A stretch of 64,000 nucleotides of DNA from Octopus vulgaris. Its lineage: Eukaryota. Numbering within the stretch: position 1 is the first letter of the stretch; every line of letters begins with the position of its first letter. The stretch is taken from positions 62,062,001 to 62,126,000 of the forward strand of contig OX597817.1 in assembly GCA_951406725.2 (NCBI GenBank). Direction: 5' to 3'. Under the pieces are notes generated by a model. That model was not told where the DNA came from. It saw only the letters and a list, made by a program, of their open reading frames with translations, and did no database searches. The translations under genes and the position numbers were made by a program. Positions 52,292 to 64,000 of this stretch are shown here, piece after piece.

Positions 52292-53570
52292 CGAGGGACG
52301 TTCAATAAGTAATGCCTCTGACCCACTTGCAGTTATTTGATCTAGCTGAAATTTTGCATGTGCAATTATTCATATCTCTATAGATTAAGTGGCAAATTAC
52401 AGCTCTGAACTAATTGTAGTCTCTGATTTACAGGTGTTTGAACTGAGTCAAGTGTGAAATGGAGTCTGTTGAGTGTCGAGCAGTGATCCGGTTTTTGTAT
52501 TTGAAAGGACGCACACCACGGGAGACTTTTGATGAAATGAAAGTAACTTATGGTGATGATGCCCCATCATATGACCTTGTAAAACGCTGGCATCTTGAAT
52601 TCAAACATGGTCGGAACTCTGTAGAAACAGCTCCCAGATCTGGTCGCCCCTTCTGCTATTGATGAGGCATCTGTCCGTCAAGTTGAGGCTGCCATTTTGG
52701 AAGATCGACGCATAACTATTCGCCAAATAGCCCATGAGATCAAGATTAGTACCGGGTCTGTCGAAACTATCATTCATGACCATTTGCATATGCAAAAGGT
52801 GTCTGCTAGATGGATTCCCAGGTTGCTCACACCTTTCCAGAAGCAAGAACGCGTCGAGTGCTCGAGGATGAATTTGGAGATGTGCCAAGAAGATGAGTCA
52901 AAATTTTTCAAAAGACTGATTACACAGGATGAAACCTGGGTCCATCACTATGATCCAGAGACCCAAGCCCAGTCAATGCAGTGGAAGCACCATGACTCAC
53001 CTCCTCTAAAGAAGGCAAAGGTGCAGCCCTCCGCTGGCAAGGTCATGCTCAGTCTTCTGGGATCAGGACGGAGTAGTGATGACAGATTTCCTGGCAAAGG
53101 GTACCACAATTACAGGAGCCTATTATGCTTCACTTTTGAGGAAGTTAAGAGAAGCTATCAAAATCAAGAGGCGGGGCAAGATCAGCAAAGGCATCGACAA
53201 CGCTCCGGTCCACAACTCGCGTGTCGCCAGATCAGAAGCACAGGCGTGCGGCTATGAACCCCTCCCCCACCCCCCCCCTACTCTCCTGACCTTGCATCCT
53301 CTGATTTTCTCCTCTTTCCAGCCATGAAGTTGTTTTTGAAAGGAAAGCATTTCCCAGATGATGCAGCCTTGATTTCTGAAGTCACGTCGTGGTTGGAGGA
53401 CCAAGCTGGGGTCTTCTACAAAAACGGTCTCCAGAGCTGCATCAAATGATGGGAGAAATGCGTAGCTCTTGGCGGTTCCTATGTAGAAAAAGACTAATAA
53501 CTGTGCCAAGTTTCATTGCTCTACTGCTATGGGGAGTGGGTCAGGGGCATTACTTATTGAACGCCCCTCG
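52292..53570 (+). mobile_element. Mariner transposon, full length (1279 bp), inactive
   Basis: TA TSDs; TIRs cgagggacgttcaataagtaatgcctctgacccact / agtgggtcaggggcattacttattgaacgcccctcg. Confidence 0.95.
52459..53500 (+). pseudogene. Mariner DD34D transposase, frameshifted
   Basis: RSGRP, SARWIPRLLT, ITQDETWVHHYDPE, DNAPVH, PHPP..DLASSDF spread over three frames. Confidence 0.92.
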
Positions 53571-53599
53571 TAGCCACAAGACAAGAAATTTCTAAGCAT

Positions 53600-54002
53600 A
53601 ATCAAGAACATCAGATGGTATCATTATGATTCCAACAAAGAACTGCGTGCGTGCATGCATCAGCCTGCAGCCTCCCACCTCATAGCGATCCGTTGCATGC
53701 GCTGGTAAAGACATGTCCTCCGTCTCCCGCTTGATCATCCTATTAGGGCCTTACTCTCATTCCATGCAACAGCTGCGGGCTAGAAGAGGCTTTATGGCAG
53801 GCCCCGTACCAGATGGCTGGACGTGATTGACGAAGATCTCCAGAGGCTTGATGCCATCTTGGAAGATGCATAGGGCTGGCAAAGTACCGCCAGCGATGGA
53901 GAGTACAGGTGGACCTTGTCGGCTCTACGCATTAAAATGCCTCTGGGACCACTAACTTGGAATGACCCCAGCCTCATCAAACAAGAGCCTGAAGCCTGAA
54001 GC
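53600..54002 (+). mobile_element. RTE LINE 3' end
   Basis: RW*RHVLRLP..GRPRTRWLDVIDEDLQ..RQRWR; (GCCTGAA)n tail. Confidence 0.75.
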
Positions 54003-54014
54003 AAATCAGAGCCA

Positions 54015-55085
54015 CAGCAATTTCAAGCGGGGAGCAGGGATGAGAGTCGATTACGTTAACACCAGCATTTGAATGGTACCTCATTTTATCGTGTCTGGCT
54101 GTATGGAAGCCGAAGTTGACCTCGGGAGGATTTGAACTTGGAAATATTAGAAGCAGAAAGAAATACTATAAACATTTTCCTCCGACACTCTAACGAATCT
54201 TGCAACACACCAACCTATAACAAGAATAAAAAAAAATTAATGATTTCTCTTAAACCTGCCATTTTGAGCGGAAGGTATTATCCGATAAAATCAATTCCAG
54301 TGCTTGACTGGTAGATTATCTTATTAATCCCGGGGGAATGAAGGATAAAGTTGAAGTCGCTGGGAATTGAATTCAGAAAATATAGCGTGCTGGAACAAAT
54401 ACCGGAAGGCATTTTCCGACGCTCTTGTGATTCTGCCAATTCACCGGATAGTTTCAAAAATATAATGAACCATTTATTTGTCAAATGTTGATGGGAGATT
54501 TTAAACTGATGAACCTTTTAACATTATGTTTGATTCTTATATTTGCAACACATTTCAGATATTTACGTTCTGAGTTCAAATCACGCCGAGGACAACTCGC
54601 ATTTCATAATTTCGGTATCAATGAAATAAGTAATCGAATAACTCTCCTAAAAATAGCTCGCTTCATGCCAGCATTAGAAACAGTTAGTAAAACCACAATC
54701 AAGGCAGCAACCAACCTTTCAGAATCGTTAGAGAGTTGAAGAAGTATTTTCGGATATCTAGCCTGGCTATTTACTTTCTGAATAGGCGGAGAGGTAAACT
54801 TTACCTTTCATCCTTTCGGGAATCAATAAAGTAAAGCATCCTTCAAGTACAGGGATTGATGGTATCAGCTGATACCACACCCCACAAAAGTTGCTGCTCT
54901 TATGCCTAAATTGAAAACCACAATAAGGAATACAATTAGGTATTTCATTCAGTTCTTTATTTTCTGAGTTCAAATCTTTTCCGAGTCGATAAACTAGAGT
55001 ACCATACAAGTACTGGAATCTATATTATCTCCTAGCAAGTAGGTCTGAAAATTGTAAAAAAGACCTGTGCCTAAATTTGGAACAA
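54015..55085. mobile_element. Cluster of degenerate SINE family A copies in both orientations
   Basis: Minus copies at 54015-54450; plus-strand pieces at 54560-55085. Confidence 0.6.
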
Positions 55086-57023
55086 TTATTTGAAAGAAAA
55101 TGAAGGTTTTTCAGAGACTGACGCATATTTTGGACATTAATTCTTAGACTTTTTTATTTTCTATTGTTTGCTGTTTTTATTAGTGTTGCTGGTGTTGTTG
55201 TTGCTGCTGATGTTGTTGTTGCTGGTGTTGTTGCTGTTGCTGTTGTTGTCGTTGTTGGGCACCAAGCTTTGAATCTAGATTAAAGGACCAAATGAATATT
55301 AAGCTTAGTTGTGATTAGGGCGAGTCGTTATGCCAATGGCAAACACATGTATCGGTTCAATTTCATTTCTTTATTATTAGTCTTATATTTAATTAAATAA
55401 CCAATAATATAATCGATCGTTTGCTTCATTATTAGTCAGTTTAACAAGCAATCACTTGCATGACATACCACCATCAATGACATACACTCTGCCACCAAAT
55501 TCTACAGATTGTTTAACCGAGTGATTAAGCAAGTGATCGATTAATTAGCCGCTTAGATAACTAACCAATTGAGTAATAATAAAGAAGGGGAATTGAACCA
55601 GTGCGTGTGTTTATTATTGGTGTAATGACTCCACCAAGAAACAACATTTGTTTCAACACACAAGTTCGCATGAAGAACCTTACAAAAAAAAAAATGAATC
55701 GAAATGAAGGTTGTCATATAAATAATGCTGCCATCTGTATTCAATGATTTACAATTATCTGAAACAAGGGAATATACAATCAAGCAAAGAATTTCTAACA
55801 TAATGGTTTATGAACTCAATACAGGGCAAAGCGAATAAATCCATTGGTATATCCAAGACTTCCGTTTTTTCTTAGTGTTAGGATTTTGATTTTGGCTCAG
55901 GACAACCACTAGCGAATTTTAAAAAAAAAACTTTTACATAGGTTTCTCCGTTTTTTTTTTTAGCTGAACGAACATTCAGAAAATATTTGTGCACTCAATA
56001 ATATGATACTTTCTTTTATGGACAGTGTTACATCAGTCTAGAAGTGATGTGCGGGAGTCTAGTGCGAGTGAAAGTGATTCAGAAAACGATAGTAATAATA
56101 TTTTTTATCATAATTGATTTTGATTTGACATTCTTTATATTTTACATAAACTATTCTTTACATTCTACTGTTGTTTTATTGCCATTTATTTAGTTGAATT
56201 ATAAATCTTATAGGTAAAATATTTTTCTGGAAATGAATTACAATTTATAACAATGCTACTATGGAAAAGTATTGCTCTGGCTCATAAGTTTCAATTTACA
56301 AGCGGTCTCTGGGAATATATTAACTCTTATATCGAGGCATTACTGTATCAGTGTTTAACAATAGGACAAAGTTTGAAATCAATATAGGCATTGAGACACT
56401 GTTATAAAAAGAGGATTCCTTTTGCTATGTTGAGTAAGTCTATTACTCCTTGCTAGTGCTTGTTACTTCATTTACAGGGGATTTTCCTTTTTGACAAGAT
56501 ATTTCTATTAACGTATTTGATTTGCATTATATAACACAATGCACTCACTAAGTTTTCTTGTTTGTCACACTAATATGCACAATGAAGTTTTCTAAAAGTG
56601 ATTCTGCTCTCAACAGAGAAGCCAAAAATTACATGATATTTATGCGGTTCAGTTATTTTTATTATTATCATTATTATAATTTATTTCTTTTTTGTATTAT
56701 CAATACTCATAAAAAGAGAATTTTGCTTAGATGTTGGAAGATCGTATTCATAATTCACACTTCTCTGATGTTTGAAGGCAACATGTTTAATAATCGATTG
56801 AGCAATACAGGTGAATTTGAATAGTCAAACAGGAAATAAAGATATTTATTTCTCTGCGTTTGGAAAAAAAAATTGTATGCTTTCATCTCTGCTATAAACA
56901 TAATCACTACTTGATCTTATGGCATATCAGCATACTGCATTTTAATTTTGTTTTATTTCTAAACATTTTTATAGGTATCTAGCTGTCTACATGCTATATG
57001 CTTTGCATATACGCAAACACACA

Positions 57024-57088
<65 letters not shown>

Positions 57089-57121
57089 ATATATGTATAT
57101 ATGAATGAAAAGAATGAAAGA

Positions 57122-57192
<71 letters not shown>

Positions 57193-57277
57193 AAGACATA
57201 GATAGATAGATAAATGATATTATATAATGTTATATTGTATTATATTATACTATATTATATATATGTGTATGCTTGTG

Positions 57278-57308
<31 letters not shown>

Positions 57309-57834
57309 ATACATACATACATACATACATACATACATACACACATATATATATATACATATACACGGCATCATAAAAAATGGAGAATCGTGCATCTTCA
57401 AAACTTGTTTATTACTGTATTATTTGCATTACATTTACGATAGATTTCAGTCCCGACACGTGTTTCTGCTGCTTCAATGCCCTAATGTCTCTTACGGTAC
57501 CATTTATATTCATTCTTTTGGTACAGTTGCAGTATATATTCCTACAAGGTCGACGTATTTATGAAGCTAACGAATTCAGCCTTTGATAGTCCTACTCTGT
57601 GTATAATTAATGTGGAAGACCCAGACCCATTAAAGCTTAATGCACCTTCTGTGAAATGCGACATGGCTATATCTTCTGGTATCATTTAAACTTAGAATGA
57701 CTCTTAGAAATTTAAGGGAGTGGATTAATTATGTCCTTAGTATTTCAGTCACAGATCACACATAGTAAAAGTATTATGAACATTATAAAATATATCGATA
57801 GATTAAGAAGAATCAAATAAACGAGGACCCGAAT

Positions 57835-58020
57835 TCTTTTCTTTTATGTTATTTGTTTCAGTTATTTGACGGTGGCCATGCTGGAGCAATGCCTTAAGGG
57901 ATTTTAGTCGAAGAAATCGACCCCAGGACTTACTGTTTCTAAGCCTGGTACTTATTCTATCGGTTCCTTTTGCCGAGCCGCTATGTTACGGAAACTGAAT
58001 CTGTGTTTGTCCGAGGAGAA

Positions 58021-58084
<64 letters not shown>

Positions 58085-58088
58085 ACAC

Positions 58089-58132
<44 letters not shown>

Positions 58133-58295
58133 CGCCGGGCTTCTCTCAGTTTCCGTCTACCAAATCCATTCACAAGGCTTTGGTCCGGCTGAGGCTTATA
58201 CTAGAAGCCACTTGCCCAAGGTGCGACGTAGTTGGACTGAACCCCGAACCATGTGATTGGGAAGCAAGCTTCTTACCACACAGCCACGTCTGCGT
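57835..58295 (-). mobile_element. SINE family B
   Basis: Match to 40143-40564. Confidence 0.8.
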
Positions 58296-58429
58296 TTATA
58301 AGTGGAGATAAAAAAGTTAAAAAAATAAAGAGGGATTAGGTTTATTGTGAGATTGTTAAAACTAACAAGAGTAAATTACGATTTTTCACTAGGTAACCTT
58401 GTGTGCACTTTTACTTGTGTGATATTCTA

Positions 58430-59060
58430 TTAAATATCCTTATTTTGGAAGTACTTAAATGCTTTTGTAAAAGAATGCGTGCATCCCAGACCTAATTCGT
58501 ATTTAGGATTCAGTAACTTGTAGCAAGGGGTAAAGATGTGGAATATTTCTTCCAAACATAAATTACACATCGAGGTCCCCATTGTATATGGGGAAGCTCT
58601 ACTAATTATTGTCCATTTGATATCGAATTTACTGTTCTTATACTTTAATGACCAGATGAGCCCATTCAAACTTGTACTATTTATTTTATCTCAGAACGAA
58701 GCAAGTGAGTTACGCAACCTCCTAAATCAGTAGAACATGACCCTATGTTATTATTAGAAATGCCATCTCCTGTTAGTATACACCTATAAACTATAATTTT
58801 TTCTGAGGCTTTGTCCATCAAGCATACATATTCTGTTCCTACAGTTACAAAGATGTTTGATAATAACACTATCTTGCTCATGGCAGAAGAATTAGGTACC
58901 TCGTCTCTATTATTCCTTTTTAGTCTATGGGTATTATTAGTTTGGTTATATATTTAATTTGGTGAATTATTTAATTCATCATTCGGTTCGTTAAATTTAG
59001 ATGATTGTGGTTTAAGCTCAGTATTTCCCATGATCACACTGTCAATTGTTGCGGATCAAG
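58430..59060 (-). pseudogene. Penelope-like element GIY-YIG endonuclease remnant
   Basis: IIVYRC..NIG.. then IWSLK..IKWTII..Y..CNLCLEE..LLNPKYEL..CTH, the Penelope EN C-terminus with CxxC..CxH. Confidence 0.8.
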
Positions 59061-59364
59061 TAAGCTTATAAATGAGAATTATGCATATCTAAAGATCTGA
59101 CAATGCGAATTGATGACATAAATTACTTCATATAACTGATAATCATTCTTTGTTAACAAGATGTGTAAGCTAACGTTAACTAAATGTTTCATTAACAAAC
59201 TACCTTGTTTTCATATATATGTGTACTACTTTGGGATATATGAAACTATTGAGTCCAAAGAAATGATACATGGGTTATAATACAAATCGTCTTCAAGGTT
59301 TCTAAAAGCTGATTATTTGACTTGTAATTTAAATCACTATATATATAACAAGGTAAATACACTC

Positions 59365-59402
<38 letters not shown>

Positions 59403-59489
59403 TGATATTTAGTAGAAGCAGCTTGAGGTCAGAGGTTTTCGATCGTTGGCACAAAACGTAAACAACATGAAATAAGAAATATGAAAACA

Positions 59490-60290
59490 TAAAGAACGAC
59501 CTTATGTTAACTTGTCTTATTTTTCCATTTGTTTCTTTCGTTGTTCGCATAAAAAGTTCGTATTCCATGTTTTGGCATTTCATATTGTTTACGTTTTGGG
59601 ACGTCCTCTACCCATATATGCATATATACATATATATATATATAGCTATGTACATATATGTATGTATATATTATTTATATTATTATATGATCGAACGCCA
59701 TACATCCTTTTCCAAGGAAGTTTTCTCTTAATAATTACGATGCACACTCTTATATCTCTTCTCTGTCTATCTATCTTCCTCTCTTGTTCTTCCTTTTTGT
59801 TTTTCTCTCCCACCTTTTCCCTATTCTCCTCTTCTCCCCCTTACCGCCCCCTATCTCTCTCATTCTTCCGCCCTGACTCTCGTTGCAGAAACGTGGCGAA
59901 AGGCGATCTATCTTTCTTCCATTTCCTTCGTAAAGGTAAGACGTGCTTTTACCTGTCTCTTCTCAAAGCTCGTCGTTCTAGCGTTCATAATCTTCACATT
60001 GTTTTGGCTTAACAGCTGTCACCATTTGTTTTTATTGTCTTGTTCTCACTGTCCTGTTTTTGTTACCGCTTTCACACTCCGCAAAAAATTCCAAATTTTA
60101 TTTAATTTGCTCTGCGGAAAGGACTGTTTTAACGAAGTCGATTCTTGTCCTTACCTTCTCTGTTTTTTTCGTTGTTCGAAAAAAAAGTTCGTTTTCTATG
60201 GTTTTGATTTCATGTTTTCTTTTCTCATTGTATCTACGTTTTTTAATGCCCTGTATCCATATATGTACCCATATATGCATGTATAAAAAT
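59490..60290 (+). repeat. Diverged direct repeat pair (Penelope-associated terminal repeat?)
   Basis: tttcgttgttcg..aaaaagttcgt.ttc.atg.ttt..tttcat...cccatatatgcat at ~59520-59625 and ~60160-60285. Confidence 0.6.
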
Positions 60291-60662
60291 TATTTATATA
60301 AAGACATAAATATGTATGTGTATATATATATTGTTATATTTCGGAATGGTCATTTTGCCAGTTTAGTCAATAAAAACACACGCACTATATATTTGGTGTT
60401 ACTTTGCTTCAGTGTTATTTATTTTTTACATTAATCTTAATCTTATTTCGGCCAGAGTTCTTTCGTCACACTCCTGTGACTGCATCAGTGGTCCTTTGTT
60501 TTCTTCTTTCTTATTTGTGTCTCTCCTTACTAACCGTCCGCCAAATATATAGTGCGTGTGTTTCCATTGGCTAAACTGGCAAAATGACCATTCCGAAATA
60601 TAACAATATCTGTTTCAACACACGACTTCACATAAAAAATCTTGCACAACAAATATATAAAC

Positions 60663-60731
<69 letters not shown>

Positions 60732-60757
60732 AGCATATACACATATGTATGTACATA

Positions 60758-60822
<65 letters not shown>

Positions 60823-62179
60823 TATATTATGAATTACTGTTTCAGTTGTTTGTCGTTAAAATCACCCATTTGTCACACAATAACTTATTCATTCAGAACT
60901 AATAATAAATACCCCATCTCTCCCAGAAAGTATTTGTCTCAAACGCAGGAATTCTTTGTCCCCTTGGAAAATCATTTAACTTCACAAAATCATTATGTAT
61001 ACAATTTTCCACTACAAATAAACGCTAGTTTTCATGGATGCTACTATTATACTTGAACTTCAGTATCTTTTATATCACAGTTTGGTGAAAATAAAATTCG
61101 ACCCCAGAATAATTGAAGCTTCATATATCAAAAAAAGTAATCACTGAATCATGTTCAAGAGATGGATATGTTATAGATACGGCAATGATACGCTGATTGC
61201 CCAAAATAAAATTTCAAGTTATCCACTTCACGAAAAATAAAAAAAATTAAAAATAACAGGAAGACGCATAAACCTCCTACATAGCACTCACGTTTGTTAT
61301 TGGGAGCTGAATTATAAATTCATTATGATTCTATATGTAAAAAAACGGCGGGAAATATCTGATGGAAAAAATATATTTCTGACGTGAATCCATTAGCTTT
61401 CAATTAATCAATTGAGCGTCAAAGGAAGATTCGAACAAACGAATAAATAAAATACATACACATACACACACATACACACACATACACACATACGACATAT
61501 TGGTCTTGAAAATCAAAGAAACTATCAATAAAAATATAAATAATTGAAAAAGTTTTGAAAAGATGAAAGAACTCCAAATAAACAGTATCCTTGCCTAAAC
61601 CTTAATAGCAACTGATGTAAATAAACGAACATATAATTTGATATATATTAATAGATAGATAAATAGATAGATAGAGAGAGAGAAGGAAAGAGAGAGAGAC
61701 AGACAGACAGACATAGATACATGTGTATACACACACACATGTATATTTACACACATACAACTATAATGGTGATGTAAAATATGGGTAATGTAATAGTACA
61801 TATAACCCTCTTGCTTACATATACCTGTGCTTGTGTGTCTGTGTATGTGTATGTGTGTGTGTGTGTATTCTTGTACGTGCGTGTGCTTATGTGTTTGTGT
61901 ATATCTTTTGATTGCTTGCTTGTGTATGAAGATATATCAATGCATAAATACAGATGTGTATGCGTAAATGTTTTTTCTTTGAATTTTAAGTTCCTAAGAG
62001 AGTTCAAGCCAATCACTAAAAAAACGACAATGCGTATTGAGTTAAGGGAATTCCCAGTGTGTATAAATATTTGGTTGAGTTGGTGTGTTGGTTGAGTTAT
62101 CGAAACACACCCAAGCGTATGCATCTTTTCATCTAAATTATATCCAGTAGAGAAATTTTGGAATGTCTTGCGAATCCTC

Positions 62180-62485
62180 GCTGTGTCACAAATACATTGG
62201 ATTTGGAGAGTACTCGTCAGTTTCTGTTGTTCTTTCTTCGAAAACTTTAGTATTTTCAGGTTTTGTATAAATTTGTTGGTACACGACCTAATGTACCGAT
62301 GATGACAGGTCCTAGTGAGAAATTGTCGTCAAGGTACAAGTGCTGTAAGTTACGCATTAATTCACCATAAATACTCTCTTTTTCCTGGACTTTTAATGGT
62401 ACATTCACGCTCTGCTGGCCAGCTAACCGTTACAACAATCCATAACTTTTGTTCCCTGTCTCACAGAATAATATTAGATCTATTA
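62180..62485 (-). pseudogene. R4-clade RLE fragment
   Basis: Minus strand DLIL..DREQKLWIVVTVSWPA, resembling the copies at 47-49 kb. Confidence 0.5.
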
Positions 62486-62849
62486 TAGTACTATATTGAA
62501 GAGATGAGGAATTATGTACATTATTTACATTTGACGGATATATCAGCGGAAACGTTGTGTTAACAACAAACAAGATGAGGACAAATGTAAATGATGTAAA
62601 TAATATGTCTGTTTTGTTTGTAACGAATTATCTGTCTTTATTGGAATGTTTCACTTGTATTGCTTGTCAAAAATAAAGTGAAGAGAAATACAAGGATGGT
62701 TGTTGCAATCTTATTTCTTAAAGATTGTTTCTCAATGCAGATTCATGAATAGGGATTAGTTTTATTTGACAATATTCAAACAATAAGTTTTGAATTGTTT
62801 GGACACTTAGTTGACTCAATATCCTATACATAACTGACGTCGCATGAAA

Positions 62850-63110
62850 ATCCATCCTTCCATTCATTCATCCAATTTCTCCGCCCACTGCTTGTAGCGG
62901 GTCGTAGGAGCAGAATGCTCAGTCGCCCCTTCCATAGGGTCCTATCTGAAGCAAGTCCCTTTAAACTTTTCGGCTCAGAACTATCGATTTTATCCAACCA
63001 TCTCGTTCTTGATCTACCCTGAGATCTCCTCCTTGTTGGCTCAACTTTGAATAATTCATCTTACGAGTTTTACCAGTGAGTTTCTAATCGTATGTCCGTC
63101 GTCTCCACCG
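62850..63110 (-). mobile_element. RTE (Expander-like) 3' end
   Basis: RRSQGRSRTRWLD; ctgctcctacgacccgc 3' motif; (GGAT/GAAT)n tail. Confidence 0.7.
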
Positions 63111-64000
63111 AAAGCCAGTCCAACTAGCAATAAGCCTACAATTTATTATGGCAGACGTAGGGTGGGAGCACAAAATATTGGCTGAATGCAAATAATTTTA
63201 AAATACAGCAAAATTTGATGCCGCAGGCCTAAAGAACAGTTTCATTAGGTGAAATTATATTTCATATTTATAATGTACTTTCTTTTAAAACATGGAATAT
63301 TACTTCACACTGTGAAATATTAATGGTGAGAGTGTTCATCAAACATATGTCAGCAAATTAGAGGGAAACAACTCTGCAACATGTTTCATTGACTTGTACG
63401 CCAAAGTGTAGTTATCAGCTGACGTTTTGAGGACAGTGTATGCTTTCATACGATTACAACTTATAAACAATTAGTATTCTGTAATAACAAAGGAAGATCA
63501 GAAATTTTCGTACGCTTGTTGGGTTACTTTATTGTAAGCTTCAAATTAAAAGGTTATGAACAGTTTTATAATTTGGACCGCTTGGTTTGTTCTGCACTGC
63601 TTGAAAAGTTCCAAGAATCAATTCATGCATGCAGCTACGATTGTTTCCATAACTCATGCATTTGAAAAACCAATCTATTCCAATTAACGAAAAGTATAAT
63701 GCACTCAGTTATAATGGAATGTGACTATCTACAGCCTAACCGTTTACATGTCACTAACAATCTGCCCAGTCCTCGCTTTATCAGATGAAACGTGTAAATA
63801 GCTATAAATTAGCATACTGTTGTTGGTGGGAAACGCTTGCATCTGTATTATGTGATTTAAGTTTGTAAGGGATGTAATCCAGTTTCACTATCACAATTTT
63901 TAAACTGTACTGCTGCAAGTATTGCTGGATGAGAAAGAAATGCACGATGCAAACGTACTCCGATAGACCCAGCAAAACACGGATCTATAAGCAGGCAAAA

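Noticed and set aside
63180-64000. Possible decayed transposase or exon
   Set aside because: No ORF of 60 aa or more and no diagnostic motif visible

Overview
AT-rich, microsatellite-dense eukaryotic (metazoan) DNA. The SINE families, Dong/R4 elements and Penelope fragments point to an octopus (coleoid cephalopod) genome; this is an inference from repeat content. I found no convincing host protein-coding gene or intact RNA gene, and nearly all long ORFs in the track are translated microsatellites. The window is a transposon graveyard: three Helitron copies (one with a decayed PIF1-type helicase), a Helentron-type HINE, a full-length dead mariner, a Tc1 remnant carrying a fold-back minisatellite, many R4/Dong RLE-LINE fragments sitting in (TAA)n or (CATA)n tracts, RTE and CR1 LINE pieces, a Penelope GIY-YIG remnant, MITEs and three tRNA-derived SINE families. 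The most notable signals are: (i) several minimal hammerhead-ribozyme-like motifs, one nested in a Penelope-associated inverted repeat; (ii) a highly structured RTE 5' UTR that may be a self-cleaving ribozyme; (iii) an R4-clade lineage apparently inserting in (CATA)n rather than (TAA)n; (iv) recurrent microsatellite-bounded inverted duplications that would give long dsRNA hairpins. Coordinates were read by eye and are approximate for degenerate elements.
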